DNA of 64,000 nucleotides, taken from Thermoplasmata archaeon. Lineage in GTDB: Archaea > Thermoplasmatota > E2 > JACPAO01 > JAHFTW01. Positions 9,705 through 17,737 of this stretch are shown here, in pieces. Each line of letters begins with the position of its first letter. Within the stretch, counting starts at the first letter, position 1. The notes below the pieces were generated by a model. That model did no database searches. It worked only from the letters and a program-made list of their open reading frames with translations, and was not told the origin of the DNA. Both the position numbers and the translations under genes were made by a program. The stretch lies in assembly GCA_034667725.1 (NCBI GenBank), contig JAXDQS010000001.1:288001-352000 (forward strand). The letters run 5' to 3'.

Positions 9705-10538
9705 CTACCGGCTCTCCCAGGGCAGCCCGCTGGGGGCGTCCAGCAGGACGGTGGGGGTGTCGTCCGATTCGGCTTCCCGCCGGGCTTCGGCCAAGGCGGC
9801 CTCTGCTTCGCGGCGTGCCTCGGGATCAACGCGGGCGCGGCGCAATGCGAGACCGGCCAGTCCGGCCAGCATCAAGGCGAGGCCGACGAGGAAGGCAAGG
9901 AGCAGCAGGCCTTCGCTGAAGCCGCGGAAGGTCTCCGGGTCGGCCAGGCCGAGGAGGGTGGTGAGCACGCCGGCGCCGAGCGGGACGAGGAGGCCGAGGG
10001 CGATGCAGCGGCCGGCCCAGCCTGGGCGGGGCGGCGGGGCTGATGGGCGCGGGGCTTCGGGTTCAAGCGCAGGCTCCGGCGCCACGGCTTCTGCCGGCAG
10101 GAGGGCCGGCCGGTCTTGGAACGAGTGGTAGAGCGCCCAGCCGCCGCCGGCCGCCACCACGGCGACGAGGTAGGCGACCTCGAAGTCCCAGACGATGGCG
10201 CGCGCCGACGACTGGGTCCAGAGCGCGAACAGCAGCAGCGGGACGGCGAGCTGGAACCCGAGCTTGGCCAAGGCGACGCCGTCCTTGCGGCGCCGCTGCT
10301 GCCGGGCCGCGGGCGCTTCGTCTTTGCGGAGCCGCCACAGGGCGTTGGCCCAGACGCTGGCGGCCACGAGGGCGACGGCCAGGGCGATCCAGGGTTCGGG
10401 GCCTTCGGTGAACAGCCAACGGTCGGCGTCCTGCCAGTCGTAGACGTCGGAGCCCTTGGCGCGCGGCGGCCGCAGGTAGGCCACGAAGGCGCCGCCGGCA
10501 AGCAGCGCGGTGAGCCGGGCCGGTTGGCGGGCGTTCAC
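9705..10538 (-). CDS. Multi-pass membrane protein, unknown function
   Basis: 3' part of ORF 9705..11708; GTG start overlaps the mutase stop (TAGTG); several hydrophobic helices. Confidence 0.65.
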   Translation of the reverse strand: MNARQPARLTALLAGGAFVAYLRPPRAKGSDVYDWQDADRWLFTEGPEPWIALAVALVAASVWANALWRLRKDEAPAARQQRRRKDGVALAKLGFQLAVPLLLFALWTQSSARAIVWDFEVAYLVAVVAAGGGWALYHSFQDRPALLPAEAVAPEPALEPEAPRPSAPPPRPGWAGRCIALGLLVPLGAGVLTTLLGLADPETFRGFSEGLLLLAFLVGLALMLAGLAGLALRRARVDPEARREAEAALAEARREAESDDTPTVLLDAPSGLPWESR

Positions 10539-12241
10539 TAGAACACCGCGGGCTCGCGGTACTCGCCATGCACGTCCACCATGGCTTGGCGGATTTCGCC
10601 GAGGGTGCAGTAGGCGCGGCTGGCGTCCAGCAGCAGCGGCATGAAGTTGGGGCGCTCGGGCGTGCCGTCGAGGTCGCAGGCCTCGCGCAGCCGGTCGAGG
10701 GCGGCCTCGACCTTCTTCGGGTCGCGCTTGGCCTTGAGCTCGCGCAGCTCGCGCAGTTGGCGGGCCTCGAGCTCGTCGTCGACCCGCAGGATGTCCTCGT
10801 AGGGCGGCTCCGCGATGCGGTAGTCGTTGACGCCGACGATGACGCGCTCGCCGCGCTCGATGTCGCGCTGCTGCTTGAACGCCGCGTCCGCGATCTCGCG
10901 CTGGAAGAAGCCGTTCTCGATGCCGCGCACGACGCCGCCCATCTTCTCGATGCGGCGGAAGTAGTCGTTGGCCTGCTCCTCCATCTGCGTCGTGAGCGTC
11001 TCCAGGTAGTAGCTGCCGCCGAGCGGGTCGATGGTGTTGACGACGCCGGACTCGTGCGCGATGATCTGCTGGGTGCGCAAGGCGATGCGGACCGCCTTCT
11101 CGGTGGGCAGGGCGAGCGCCTCGTCGAACGAGTTGGTGTGCAGGCTCTGGGTGCCGCCGAGCACGGCTGCGAGGGCTTGCAGGGCGACGCGGACGATGTT
11201 GTTCTCCGGCTGCTCGCGGGTGCACGACACGCCTGCGGTCTGGGTGTGGAACCGCAGGAGCAGGCTGCGCGGGTCCTTGGCGCCTTGGTCGCGCATGAAC
11301 TTGGCCCAGATGCGGCGGGCGGCGCGGTACTTCGCGATCTCCTCGAAGAAGTCGTTGTGCGCGTTGAAGAAGAACGACAGCCGCGGCGAGAACGAGTCGA
11401 TGGGAAGGCCGCGCCCGACGCCGCGCCGGACGTACTCCATCCCGTTGGCGAGCGTGAAGGCCAGCTCCTGGACTGCGGTGCTGCCGGCCTCGCGGATGTG
11501 GTAGCCCGAGATGCTCACCGTGTTGAAGCGCGGCGCGTGCGCGCTGCCCCACTCGAAGGTGTCCAGCACGAGGCCTAGGCTGGGCTCGGGCGGGAAGATG
11601 AACATCTTCTGGGCCTGGTACTCCTTCAGAATGTCGTTCTGGATGGTGCCCGACACCTGGTCGAACGGGACCCCTTGCTGCTGCGCGGCGCCGAGGAAGA
11701 ACGCCCACACGATGGGCGCCGGGCCGTTGATGGTCATCGACACCGACACGTCCTGCAACGGAATCCCCGAGAACAGCGTCTCCATGTCCCGCTGGGTGTC
11801 GATGGCCACGCCGACCTTGCCCACCTCGCCCTGGCTGAACTCATGGTCCGAGTCGAAGCCCTGCAACGTCGGGAAGTCGAACGCCGTCGAGAGGCCCGTC
11901 GTGCCCTGCGCCAAGAGGAACTTGAAGCGCTCGTTGGTCTCGCGCGCCGTCCCGAAGCCCGCGAACTGCCGCATCGTCCACAGCCGCCCACGGTACATCG
12001 TCGGCTGCACGCCGCGCGTGTACGGGAACTCGCCGGGGAAGCCCAGGTCGCGCTCCGCGTCGAACCCCACCCGCTCCAGGTCGTGCCGGTCGTAGAGCCG
12101 CTCCACCTTCTGGTGGCCCAGCGTCGTGAACTCGCGCCGCCGCTCGGGTGCCTTCTCCAGCGCCTTGCGGAGCGTGCCCTGCTCCCAACGGTCGCGGGCA
12201 GTGCCCAGGACCGCCTCCGGCTTGGCGTTCGGCGGCGACAT
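10538..12241 (-). CDS. Acyl-CoA mutase large (substrate-binding) subunit, methylmalonyl-CoA mutase family, isobutyryl-CoA mutase-type signature
   Basis: GEFPYTRG, WTMRQFAGFG, GTIQNDILKE, SISGYHIREAG, QSLHTNSFDEAL; no DXHXXG B12-binding domain. Confidence 0.92.
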   Translation of the reverse strand: MSPPNAKPEAVLGTARDRWEQGTLRKALEKAPERRREFTTLGHQKVERLYDRHDLERVGFDAERDLGFPGEFPYTRGVQPTMYRGRLWTMRQFAGFGTARETNERFKFLLAQGTTGLSTAFDFPTLQGFDSDHEFSQGEVGKVGVAIDTQRDMETLFSGIPLQDVSVSMTINGPAPIVWAFFLGAAQQQGVPFDQVSGTIQNDILKEYQAQKMFIFPPEPSLGLVLDTFEWGSAHAPRFNTVSISGYHIREAGSTAVQELAFTLANGMEYVRRGVGRGLPIDSFSPRLSFFFNAHNDFFEEIAKYRAARRIWAKFMRDQGAKDPRSLLLRFHTQTAGVSCTREQPENNIVRVALQALAAVLGGTQSLHTNSFDEALALPTEKAVRIALRTQQIIAHESGVVNTIDPLGGSYYLETLTTQMEEQANDYFRRIEKMGGVVRGIENGFFQREIADAAFKQQRDIERGERVIVGVNDYRIAEPPYEDILRVDDELEARQLRELRELKAKRDPKKVEAALDRLREACDLDGTPERPNFMPLLLDASRAYCTLGEIRQAMVDVHGEYREPAVF

Positions 12242-12411
12242 GCCTCAAGGCAGGTTGAGCCGGGGCATGAAGGTGACGCCGGCCGCCAGGTTAAAGCCGT
12301 CCCGCGAAAGGCCTGCGGCCGACCCTACATCAACAGCGTGGACGGCCACCCGGCCAGCCGACCAAGCACGCCACGGACCTCAAGGTCGACTTCGTGCCCC
12401 GGGCCTGAGGC

Positions 12412-13254
12412 TCACTGCATCCGCCGCCGCGCCAGCACCGCAGCCACCGCCACGGCCATCCCCGCCATCGGGGCTGGCAGCACGCGCCCGATCTCGTTCT
12501 CCTCGTGGTCGGCCTCCATCAGGTCCTGCCATTGCTCGGGCGCCAACCTGGCTTTCGTGTCCTGCAGCAACCGCACGCTTGCCTCCAAGGCCAAGCGGTG
12601 CGCGGCGTCGTATTTCGTCCCGTTCGCGGAGGGGAGGTCCGACTCTGCGTTTCCGCCCGGCTCGTCCTTGGCGTAGGCGTCGTGCGGGTACGGGTCGCCA
12701 GGCGGCCTCCCCGGCTCGTCGGTGTTCGGGAGGAAGCCCGTCAGCCGCAGCCCGGCCGGCGCCGCCGTCGAGCCGTTACCCAGCAGGGCCTCCAGCAGGG
12801 CGGCCTGGTGCGCTGGCGCCAGGTCGACGGCGTTGGAGTGCGAGACGCAGTCTTGGACGGCGTGCAGGGCGCGGCCGAGCGCCTCGAGCGCGTCGTCGGG
12901 GCTGCCCTCGTACGCTTCGTGCGCCAACCTCGCGCGCTGCTCGCGGACGTAGCGCGCGGCCTCCTCGAACGCGGTGGCGTCGTCGGTGGGCGGCACGCGG
13001 TCGCAGTGGTGGCCTGGCCGGTAGTCGCTGGTGGCGTCCATGCGCCGGATGTGGTCGGCGTGCGGCTCCAGCTCGGAGTCGTCGAGGTCGGGCTCGAACA
13101 CGGCGTCCAGCAGCTCGTCGGGGTCGGTCCAGCCCACCTGTTCGGCGGCGGCGCGGGTGATGATGCCGTGCGGCGAGCCGGCGCCGTCGATGGCCGTGAA
13201 GGCCGCGGCCGCGGGCAGCAGCAACAGCGCGAAGACCGCGGCGATCCGGCCCAT
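12412..13254 (-). CDS. Secreted Zn-dependent phospholipase C/HET-C-like protein with C-terminal membrane anchor
   Basis: Signal peptide; HGIIT, HHCD and LGRALHAVQDCVSHSN motifs; C-terminal PAP-hydrophobic-RRR tail. Confidence 0.6.
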   Translation of the reverse strand: MGRIAAVFALLLLPAAAAFTAIDGAGSPHGIITRAAAEQVGWTDPDELLDAVFEPDLDDSELEPHADHIRRMDATSDYRPGHHCDRVPPTDDATAFEEAARYVREQRARLAHEAYEGSPDDALEALGRALHAVQDCVSHSNAVDLAPAHQAALLEALLGNGSTAAPAGLRLTGFLPNTDEPGRPPGDPYPHDAYAKDEPGGNAESDLPSANGTKYDAAHRLALEASVRLLQDTKARLAPEQWQDLMEADHEENEIGRVLPAPMAGMAVAVAAVLARRRMQ

Positions 13255-13284
13255 GGCGAAAGCTCGGCGGCGAAGGCACATAAG

Positions 13285-13977
13285 CTAGAACGTTGCGGCG
13301 GTGGCCTTGGGCGCCAGGGACTCGTGGACCGCCCGGGTGTCGGTGATGATGCAGTCGACGCCCATGGCGGCAAGCTCGCGGGCGCGGGGCACGTCGTTGA
13401 CCGTCCAGGTGCCCACCTTCAGGCCGGCGGCCCGGAAGCGCGCCATCTCGTCCGGGTCCAGGAAGTCGTGGTCGACGTTGATCCAGGCGCAGCCGGCCTG
13501 CAGGCACGCCTCCAGCTCTTGGTCGTCGACGGGGCCGAACGGGATGAACGCGCGGGCGACGGCGGGGGCGATGCGCTTGGCTTCCTGGAGGACGCGCAGG
13601 TCCATGCTGCTGACCAGGCAGCGCTGGGCGAGCTTCCGCTTCTCCGCCAGCTCCAGCATCGGGCGGGTGGCGGTGGCGGCCTTGACCTCGAGGTTGTAGA
13701 AGCCGTCCCACGCCTTGAGGGTCGTGAACAGGTCGGCGAGGCGGGGCACGTCGCCCACCTGCTGGACCTGCTGCCAAGTGGCGTCGGCAAGCGGGCCTTT
13801 GCCCATGGTCGTGCGGTCGAGGGTGGGGTCGTGCAGGATGACGACCTCGCCGTCCTTGGTGGTCCGCAGGTCCATCTCGACGGCCTGGAACCCGGCGGCC
13901 ACGGCGGCCCCGAAGGCGGCGAGGGTGTTCTCCGGCTTCTCGGCGGATAGACCTCGGTGGGCGCAGGCGAACGTCAT
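13285..13977 (-). CDS. Glycerophosphodiester phosphodiesterase
   Basis: AHRGLSAEKPENTLAAF, EMDLRTTKDGEVVILHD, NLEVK, WTVND, GVDCIITD. Confidence 0.92.
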   Translation of the reverse strand: MTFACAHRGLSAEKPENTLAAFGAAVAAGFQAVEMDLRTTKDGEVVILHDPTLDRTTMGKGPLADATWQQVQQVGDVPRLADLFTTLKAWDGFYNLEVKAATATRPMLELAEKRKLAQRCLVSSMDLRVLQEAKRIAPAVARAFIPFGPVDDQELEACLQAGCAWINVDHDFLDPDEMARFRAAGLKVGTWTVNDVPRARELAAMGVDCIITDTRAVHESLAPKATAATF

Positions 13978-14097
13978 CGGACGGGCAAGGATGGCGGCGA
14001 CTTGGCCCTTCCCTTGTCCCACCAGGAGAAAAGCCGGCCCCGTCCTCAGAAAGAGATTAAGGGCGCCCCATCTACGGCGCCTTAGGCGGTCCAACAG

Positions 14098-15273
14098 ATG
14101 ACGGCGGCTCCCTCCAAGAACGCGGGCAAGGGTCTCGAAGGCATCATCGCGGCGCGGTCGTCGATCTGCTTCATCGACGGCGACAAGGGCATCCTGTCCT
14201 ACCGGGGCTACGACATCAACGAGCTGGCGCCGAACGCGACCTTCGAGGAGACCACGTTCCTGCTGTGGGAGGGCCGCCTGCCCACCAAGCCGCAACTGGA
14301 GGAGTTCAACGCCCGCCTGGTGGCCAACCGCGAGCTGCCGCCGCTTGCGCTCAAGGTCCTCAAGGACGTCGCCAAGGCCATGGGCCCGATGGATGCGCTG
14401 CGCACCGTCGTCTCCGCCCTCGGCGCCGGCCGCAACGACGCCGACAAGTACAGCGTGGACGTGGACCGTCAGAAGGCCATCGAGACCACGGCGCAGCTTG
14501 CGACCATCGTGGCCTACTACCACCGCGTCCGCATGGACAAGGAGCTGGTCCACCCCGACCCGAAGCTCAGCCACGCGGCCAACTTCCTCTACATGCTGAC
14601 GGGCAAGAAGCCCACGCCGGCCGCCGAGCGCGCCTTCGACGTCGCCCTCGTGCTGCACGCCGACCACGACCTCAACGCCAGCACCTTCTCGGCCCGCGTC
14701 ACGGCGGCCACGCTGGCCGACTACCACGGCGCCATCACGTCCGCGGTCGGCACCCTCAAGGGCCCGCTCCACGGCGGCGCCAACATCGAGGTGATGAAGA
14801 TCCTCCTCGAGATCGAGGCGAGCCACGAGGACCCGACGGACTGGGTCGAGCACCAGCTCACCAAGAAGCGCAAGATCCCCGGCTTCGGCCACCGCGTCTA
14901 CAAGACCCTGGACCCGCGCGCCATCCACCTGGCGAAGCTCTCCAAGTCGCTGGGCGAGCAGGCCAAGGAGACCAAGTGGTACGAGATGAGCCTGAAGCTC
15001 CAGAAGGCGATGAAGGAGCAGAAGGGCATCGACGCCAACGTGGACTTCTTCTCGGCCTCCAGCTACTACGTCATGGGCATCCCGCTGGACCTGTACACGC
15101 CCATCTTCGCCATCAGCCGGGTCGCCGGCTGGTCGGCCCACGTGCTGGAGCAGCACGGCGACAACCGCCTCATCCGCCCGCTCTCGGACTACACCGGCGA
15201 GCTCAACAAGAAGTGGGCGCCGGCCGCGAAGCGCTCGGCCAGCGCGGTCGAGGCCAAGGTCAAGACGGCCTAA
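14098..15273 (+). CDS. gltA: Citrate synthase (citrate/2-methylcitrate synthase family)
   Basis: GLEG, LHADHDLNAST, GPLHGGAN, PGFGHRVYK, DPR, NVDFF, SRVAGWSAH. Confidence 0.93.
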   Translation: MTAAPSKNAGKGLEGIIAARSSICFIDGDKGILSYRGYDINELAPNATFEETTFLLWEGRLPTKPQLEEFNARLVANRELPPLALKVLKDVAKAMGPMDALRTVVSALGAGRNDADKYSVDVDRQKAIETTAQLATIVAYYHRVRMDKELVHPDPKLSHAANFLYMLTGKKPTPAAERAFDVALVLHADHDLNASTFSARVTAATLADYHGAITSAVGTLKGPLHGGANIEVMKILLEIEASHEDPTDWVEHQLTKKRKIPGFGHRVYKTLDPRAIHLAKLSKSLGEQAKETKWYEMSLKLQKAMKEQKGIDANVDFFSASSYYVMGIPLDLYTPIFAISRVAGWSAHVLEQHGDNRLIRPLSDYTGELNKKWAPAAKRSASAVEAKVKTA

Positions 15274-15305
15274 GCTTCAAGCGCGCCGGCCGCCCTGCTG
15301 CCCCC

Positions 15306-16715
15306 ATGCGCACTGCCCTGCTGGCGCTGGCCCTCTTGGTCGTGGCCGGTTGCACCGCCCCGGACGCCGACCCGCCCGCCCCGCCCGCCACGGCCGGCCC
15401 CGAGCCGTTCGTGCCGGCGGCGCCGACGTTCGACTTCTCGACCGTCGTGGACCCGGACCACGCAGGCCACACCGTGCCCGACCTGCACACCGCCGGCCAC
15501 GGCCTGGAGCAGGTCGGCCACACGGCCGTGCAGGACCTGCTGCCGCTTGGCGTCAAGGGCAGCATCACGCAGATCGACGTGCAGGGCGACCTGGCGGTCG
15601 TGTCCGGCCTCGACGGCGGCCTCGCGTTCGTGGTCGTCGACCTGTCGGACCTGCACGCCCCGAAGGCGGTGGGCTGGTATCCCTCGACGGCCAACGGCTG
15701 GACCGCGCGCCTCTCGGACGACGGCCAGTACGTGTTCTACGGCTGCCAGACGCTGGGCGAGCTGGGCGACCCCGAGGGCCACGTCCGCGGCACCTGCGAG
15801 GACCCCGACGCGGTCCACCCGCCCGGCAGCGACAACCCCGGCGGCGTGGTGGCCGTGGACATCCGCGACCCCGCCCACCCGACGTTCGTGGACTTCCTGC
15901 CGGTGGCCGGCAGCCACAACCTCCAGTACGCCTCGATCGACGGGGTGGACTACGTCTTCACCGCGAGCGTTGCCATCGTGCGCTTCGACCGCGCGGCCGG
16001 CGTGCTGGAGACGGTGGCCGAGGTCGACGGCGTGCATGACGTCACGGTGGCGCGCCACCCCGTCTCCGGAGCCCCGCTGCTGTTCACGGGCACCGGCGAG
16101 CTCTCGATCCACGACGTCAGCGACCCGACCAACCCCGTGCTGGTGTTCGAGGGCAACGGCACCGAAGGCTGGACCGGCTGGCACGACCAGGCCGTCGTCC
16201 CCGCCCTCGTGGACGGCCGCGCCATCCTGCTGCTGGCCGGCGAGACCGACAGCGACACCGGCGCCCTGGTGGACGGCGAGGGCAGCCAGCTTCCCGACGC
16301 CGTCTACGTCGTGGACATCACCAACGCCTCCACGCCCGTCCTGCTGGGCTCCTGGCAGCCGCCCTACGACCCGCTGCTCCCCTGGGCCGGCTACCAGTAC
16401 AGCGTCCACGAGATGGCCGCCACCTCGACGGGCCAGGTCGCCATCGCCTGGTACCACGCCGGCGCCTGGGTCATCGACGTCTCGACCCTGGTCCGCCAAG
16501 CCCAGCCCGTCACGCTGGCCGCGTTCCAGCCGCACGAGCCGGTCTCGGCGCTGCCGCCCAGCACGTTCCCGCTGGCGCCGGTGCCCTACACGCCGTTCGT
16601 CTGGGGCGTCGCCTGGCACCGCAGCGGCCACCTCGTCGTCCCCGACGCCCACACCGGCCTCTACGTCCTTGCGCCCGAGTGGGGGCTGATCCCGACCCTC
16701 GACGGCGGGCAGTAG
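15306..16715 (+). CDS. LVIVD-repeat beta-propeller lipoprotein
   Basis: Lipobox-like LVVAGC; repeated VVVDLSD/VAVDIRDP/IHDVSDP/VVDITN; AWYHAGAWVIDV. Confidence 0.75.
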   Translation: MRTALLALALLVVAGCTAPDADPPAPPATAGPEPFVPAAPTFDFSTVVDPDHAGHTVPDLHTAGHGLEQVGHTAVQDLLPLGVKGSITQIDVQGDLAVVSGLDGGLAFVVVDLSDLHAPKAVGWYPSTANGWTARLSDDGQYVFYGCQTLGELGDPEGHVRGTCEDPDAVHPPGSDNPGGVVAVDIRDPAHPTFVDFLPVAGSHNLQYASIDGVDYVFTASVAIVRFDRAAGVLETVAEVDGVHDVTVARHPVSGAPLLFTGTGELSIHDVSDPTNPVLVFEGNGTEGWTGWHDQAVVPALVDGRAILLLAGETDSDTGALVDGEGSQLPDAVYVVDITNASTPVLLGSWQPPYDPLLPWAGYQYSVHEMAATSTGQVAIAWYHAGAWVIDVSTLVRQAQPVTLAAFQPHEPVSALPPSTFPLAPVPYTPFVWGVAWHRSGHLVVPDAHTGLYVLAPEWGLIPTLDGGQ

Positions 16716-16717
16716 GG

Positions 16718-17167
16718 TTGCTCCGGCCCGCGACCCTCGCCGACCTGCCGTTGCTGGCCCGCCACCGCCGCGCCATGTGGGAGGCCATGGGCACGCTGGC
16801 CCCTGGCGCGCCCGACGCGAGCGAGGCGAACTATGCCCGCTGGCTGGCCGACGGCATGGCGTCCGGCGCGGTCGTCGGCTGGGTGGCCGAGGGGGACCAA
16901 GGCAGCGGGCTGCTGTGGTTCCAGCCCTGGCACCCGCGGCCCCACATCCCGCAAGGCACCATCCCCTACCTGCTGTCGGTATTCGTGGAGCCCGCCGCCC
17001 GCGGCCAAGGCATCGCCCGCGCCATCGCCGAGGCCGCCATCGCCGCCACGCAGGCCGCTGGGCACCCTCGCCTGGCGCTGCACGCCTCCGAGGCCGGCCG
17101 GCCCGTCTATGCTGCCCTCGGGTTCCGGCCAGGCCGCGAGATGACGCTCGACGTCGCGAAGCCTTGA
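16718..17167 (+). CDS. GNAT family N-acetyltransferase
   Basis: VFVEPAARGQGIA (motif A), LHASEAGRPVYAALGF; start tentative (TTG). Confidence 0.85.
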   Translation: MLRPATLADLPLLARHRRAMWEAMGTLAPGAPDASEANYARWLADGMASGAVVGWVAEGDQGSGLLWFQPWHPRPHIPQGTIPYLLSVFVEPAARGQGIARAIAEAAIAATQAAGHPRLALHASEAGRPVYAALGFRPGREMTLDVAKP

Positions 17168-17205
17168 AGGCCCACGCCCGTGCCGGCATGATGCCCGCGG
17201 AGTCA

Positions 17206-17628
17206 ATGCCCGACCGGATCCAGGCGATGTTCGCCGGCACCCACCCCAGCCCCGCCTACGACCGCCACATGGGCTTCCGCCTCGTGTCCTGGAGCCCCCA
17301 GGGCGCCGTCGTGGAGGCCGAGGCCGGCGGCCACTTCACCAACCCCGCGGGCGTCCTGCACGGCGGAGTGCTCGCCGGCCTCGCTGACTCCGCCATGGGC
17401 CTCACGACGCTCGGGCTCGTGGCCCCGGGCGAGTCCACCACCAACACCGACCTGCACATCCGGTTCCTGCGGCCCACCACGGCCGGCACGCTGCGCGCCA
17501 CGGCGCGGGTGCTGCGGCGCGGCCGCCGCACCATGGCCCTGGAGTGCGACGTGGCCGACGAGCAGGGCCGGCTGGTGGCGCGGGCCAGCAGCAGCTTCCT
17601 GGTCCTGGCCGACGGCGCCGCGCGGTAG
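17206..17628 (+). CDS. PaaI family thioesterase
   Basis: NPAGVLHGGVLAGLADSAMG hot-dog motif; FLRP. Confidence 0.9.
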   Translation: MPDRIQAMFAGTHPSPAYDRHMGFRLVSWSPQGAVVEAEAGGHFTNPAGVLHGGVLAGLADSAMGLTTLGLVAPGESTTNTDLHIRFLRPTTAGTLRATARVLRRGRRTMALECDVADEQGRLVARASSSFLVLADGAAR

Positions 17629-17654
17629 TTGCGGCCCCGGCCCATTTTGGCCAA

Positions 17655-17670
17655 CGAGCTTTAATAAAAG
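17655..17670 (+). promoter_or_regulatory. Putative archaeal TATA box for the eCIS operon
   Basis: TTTAATAAAAG AT-rich island in GC-rich intergenic DNA about 70 bp upstream of the sheath ATG. Confidence 0.5.
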
Positions 17671-17737
17671 ACACGGATGGAACTGTCCCCCCTCCGGGCC
17701 TGACGGCCTGGCGCGCGGGCCCCAGGCAGGCCGACCC

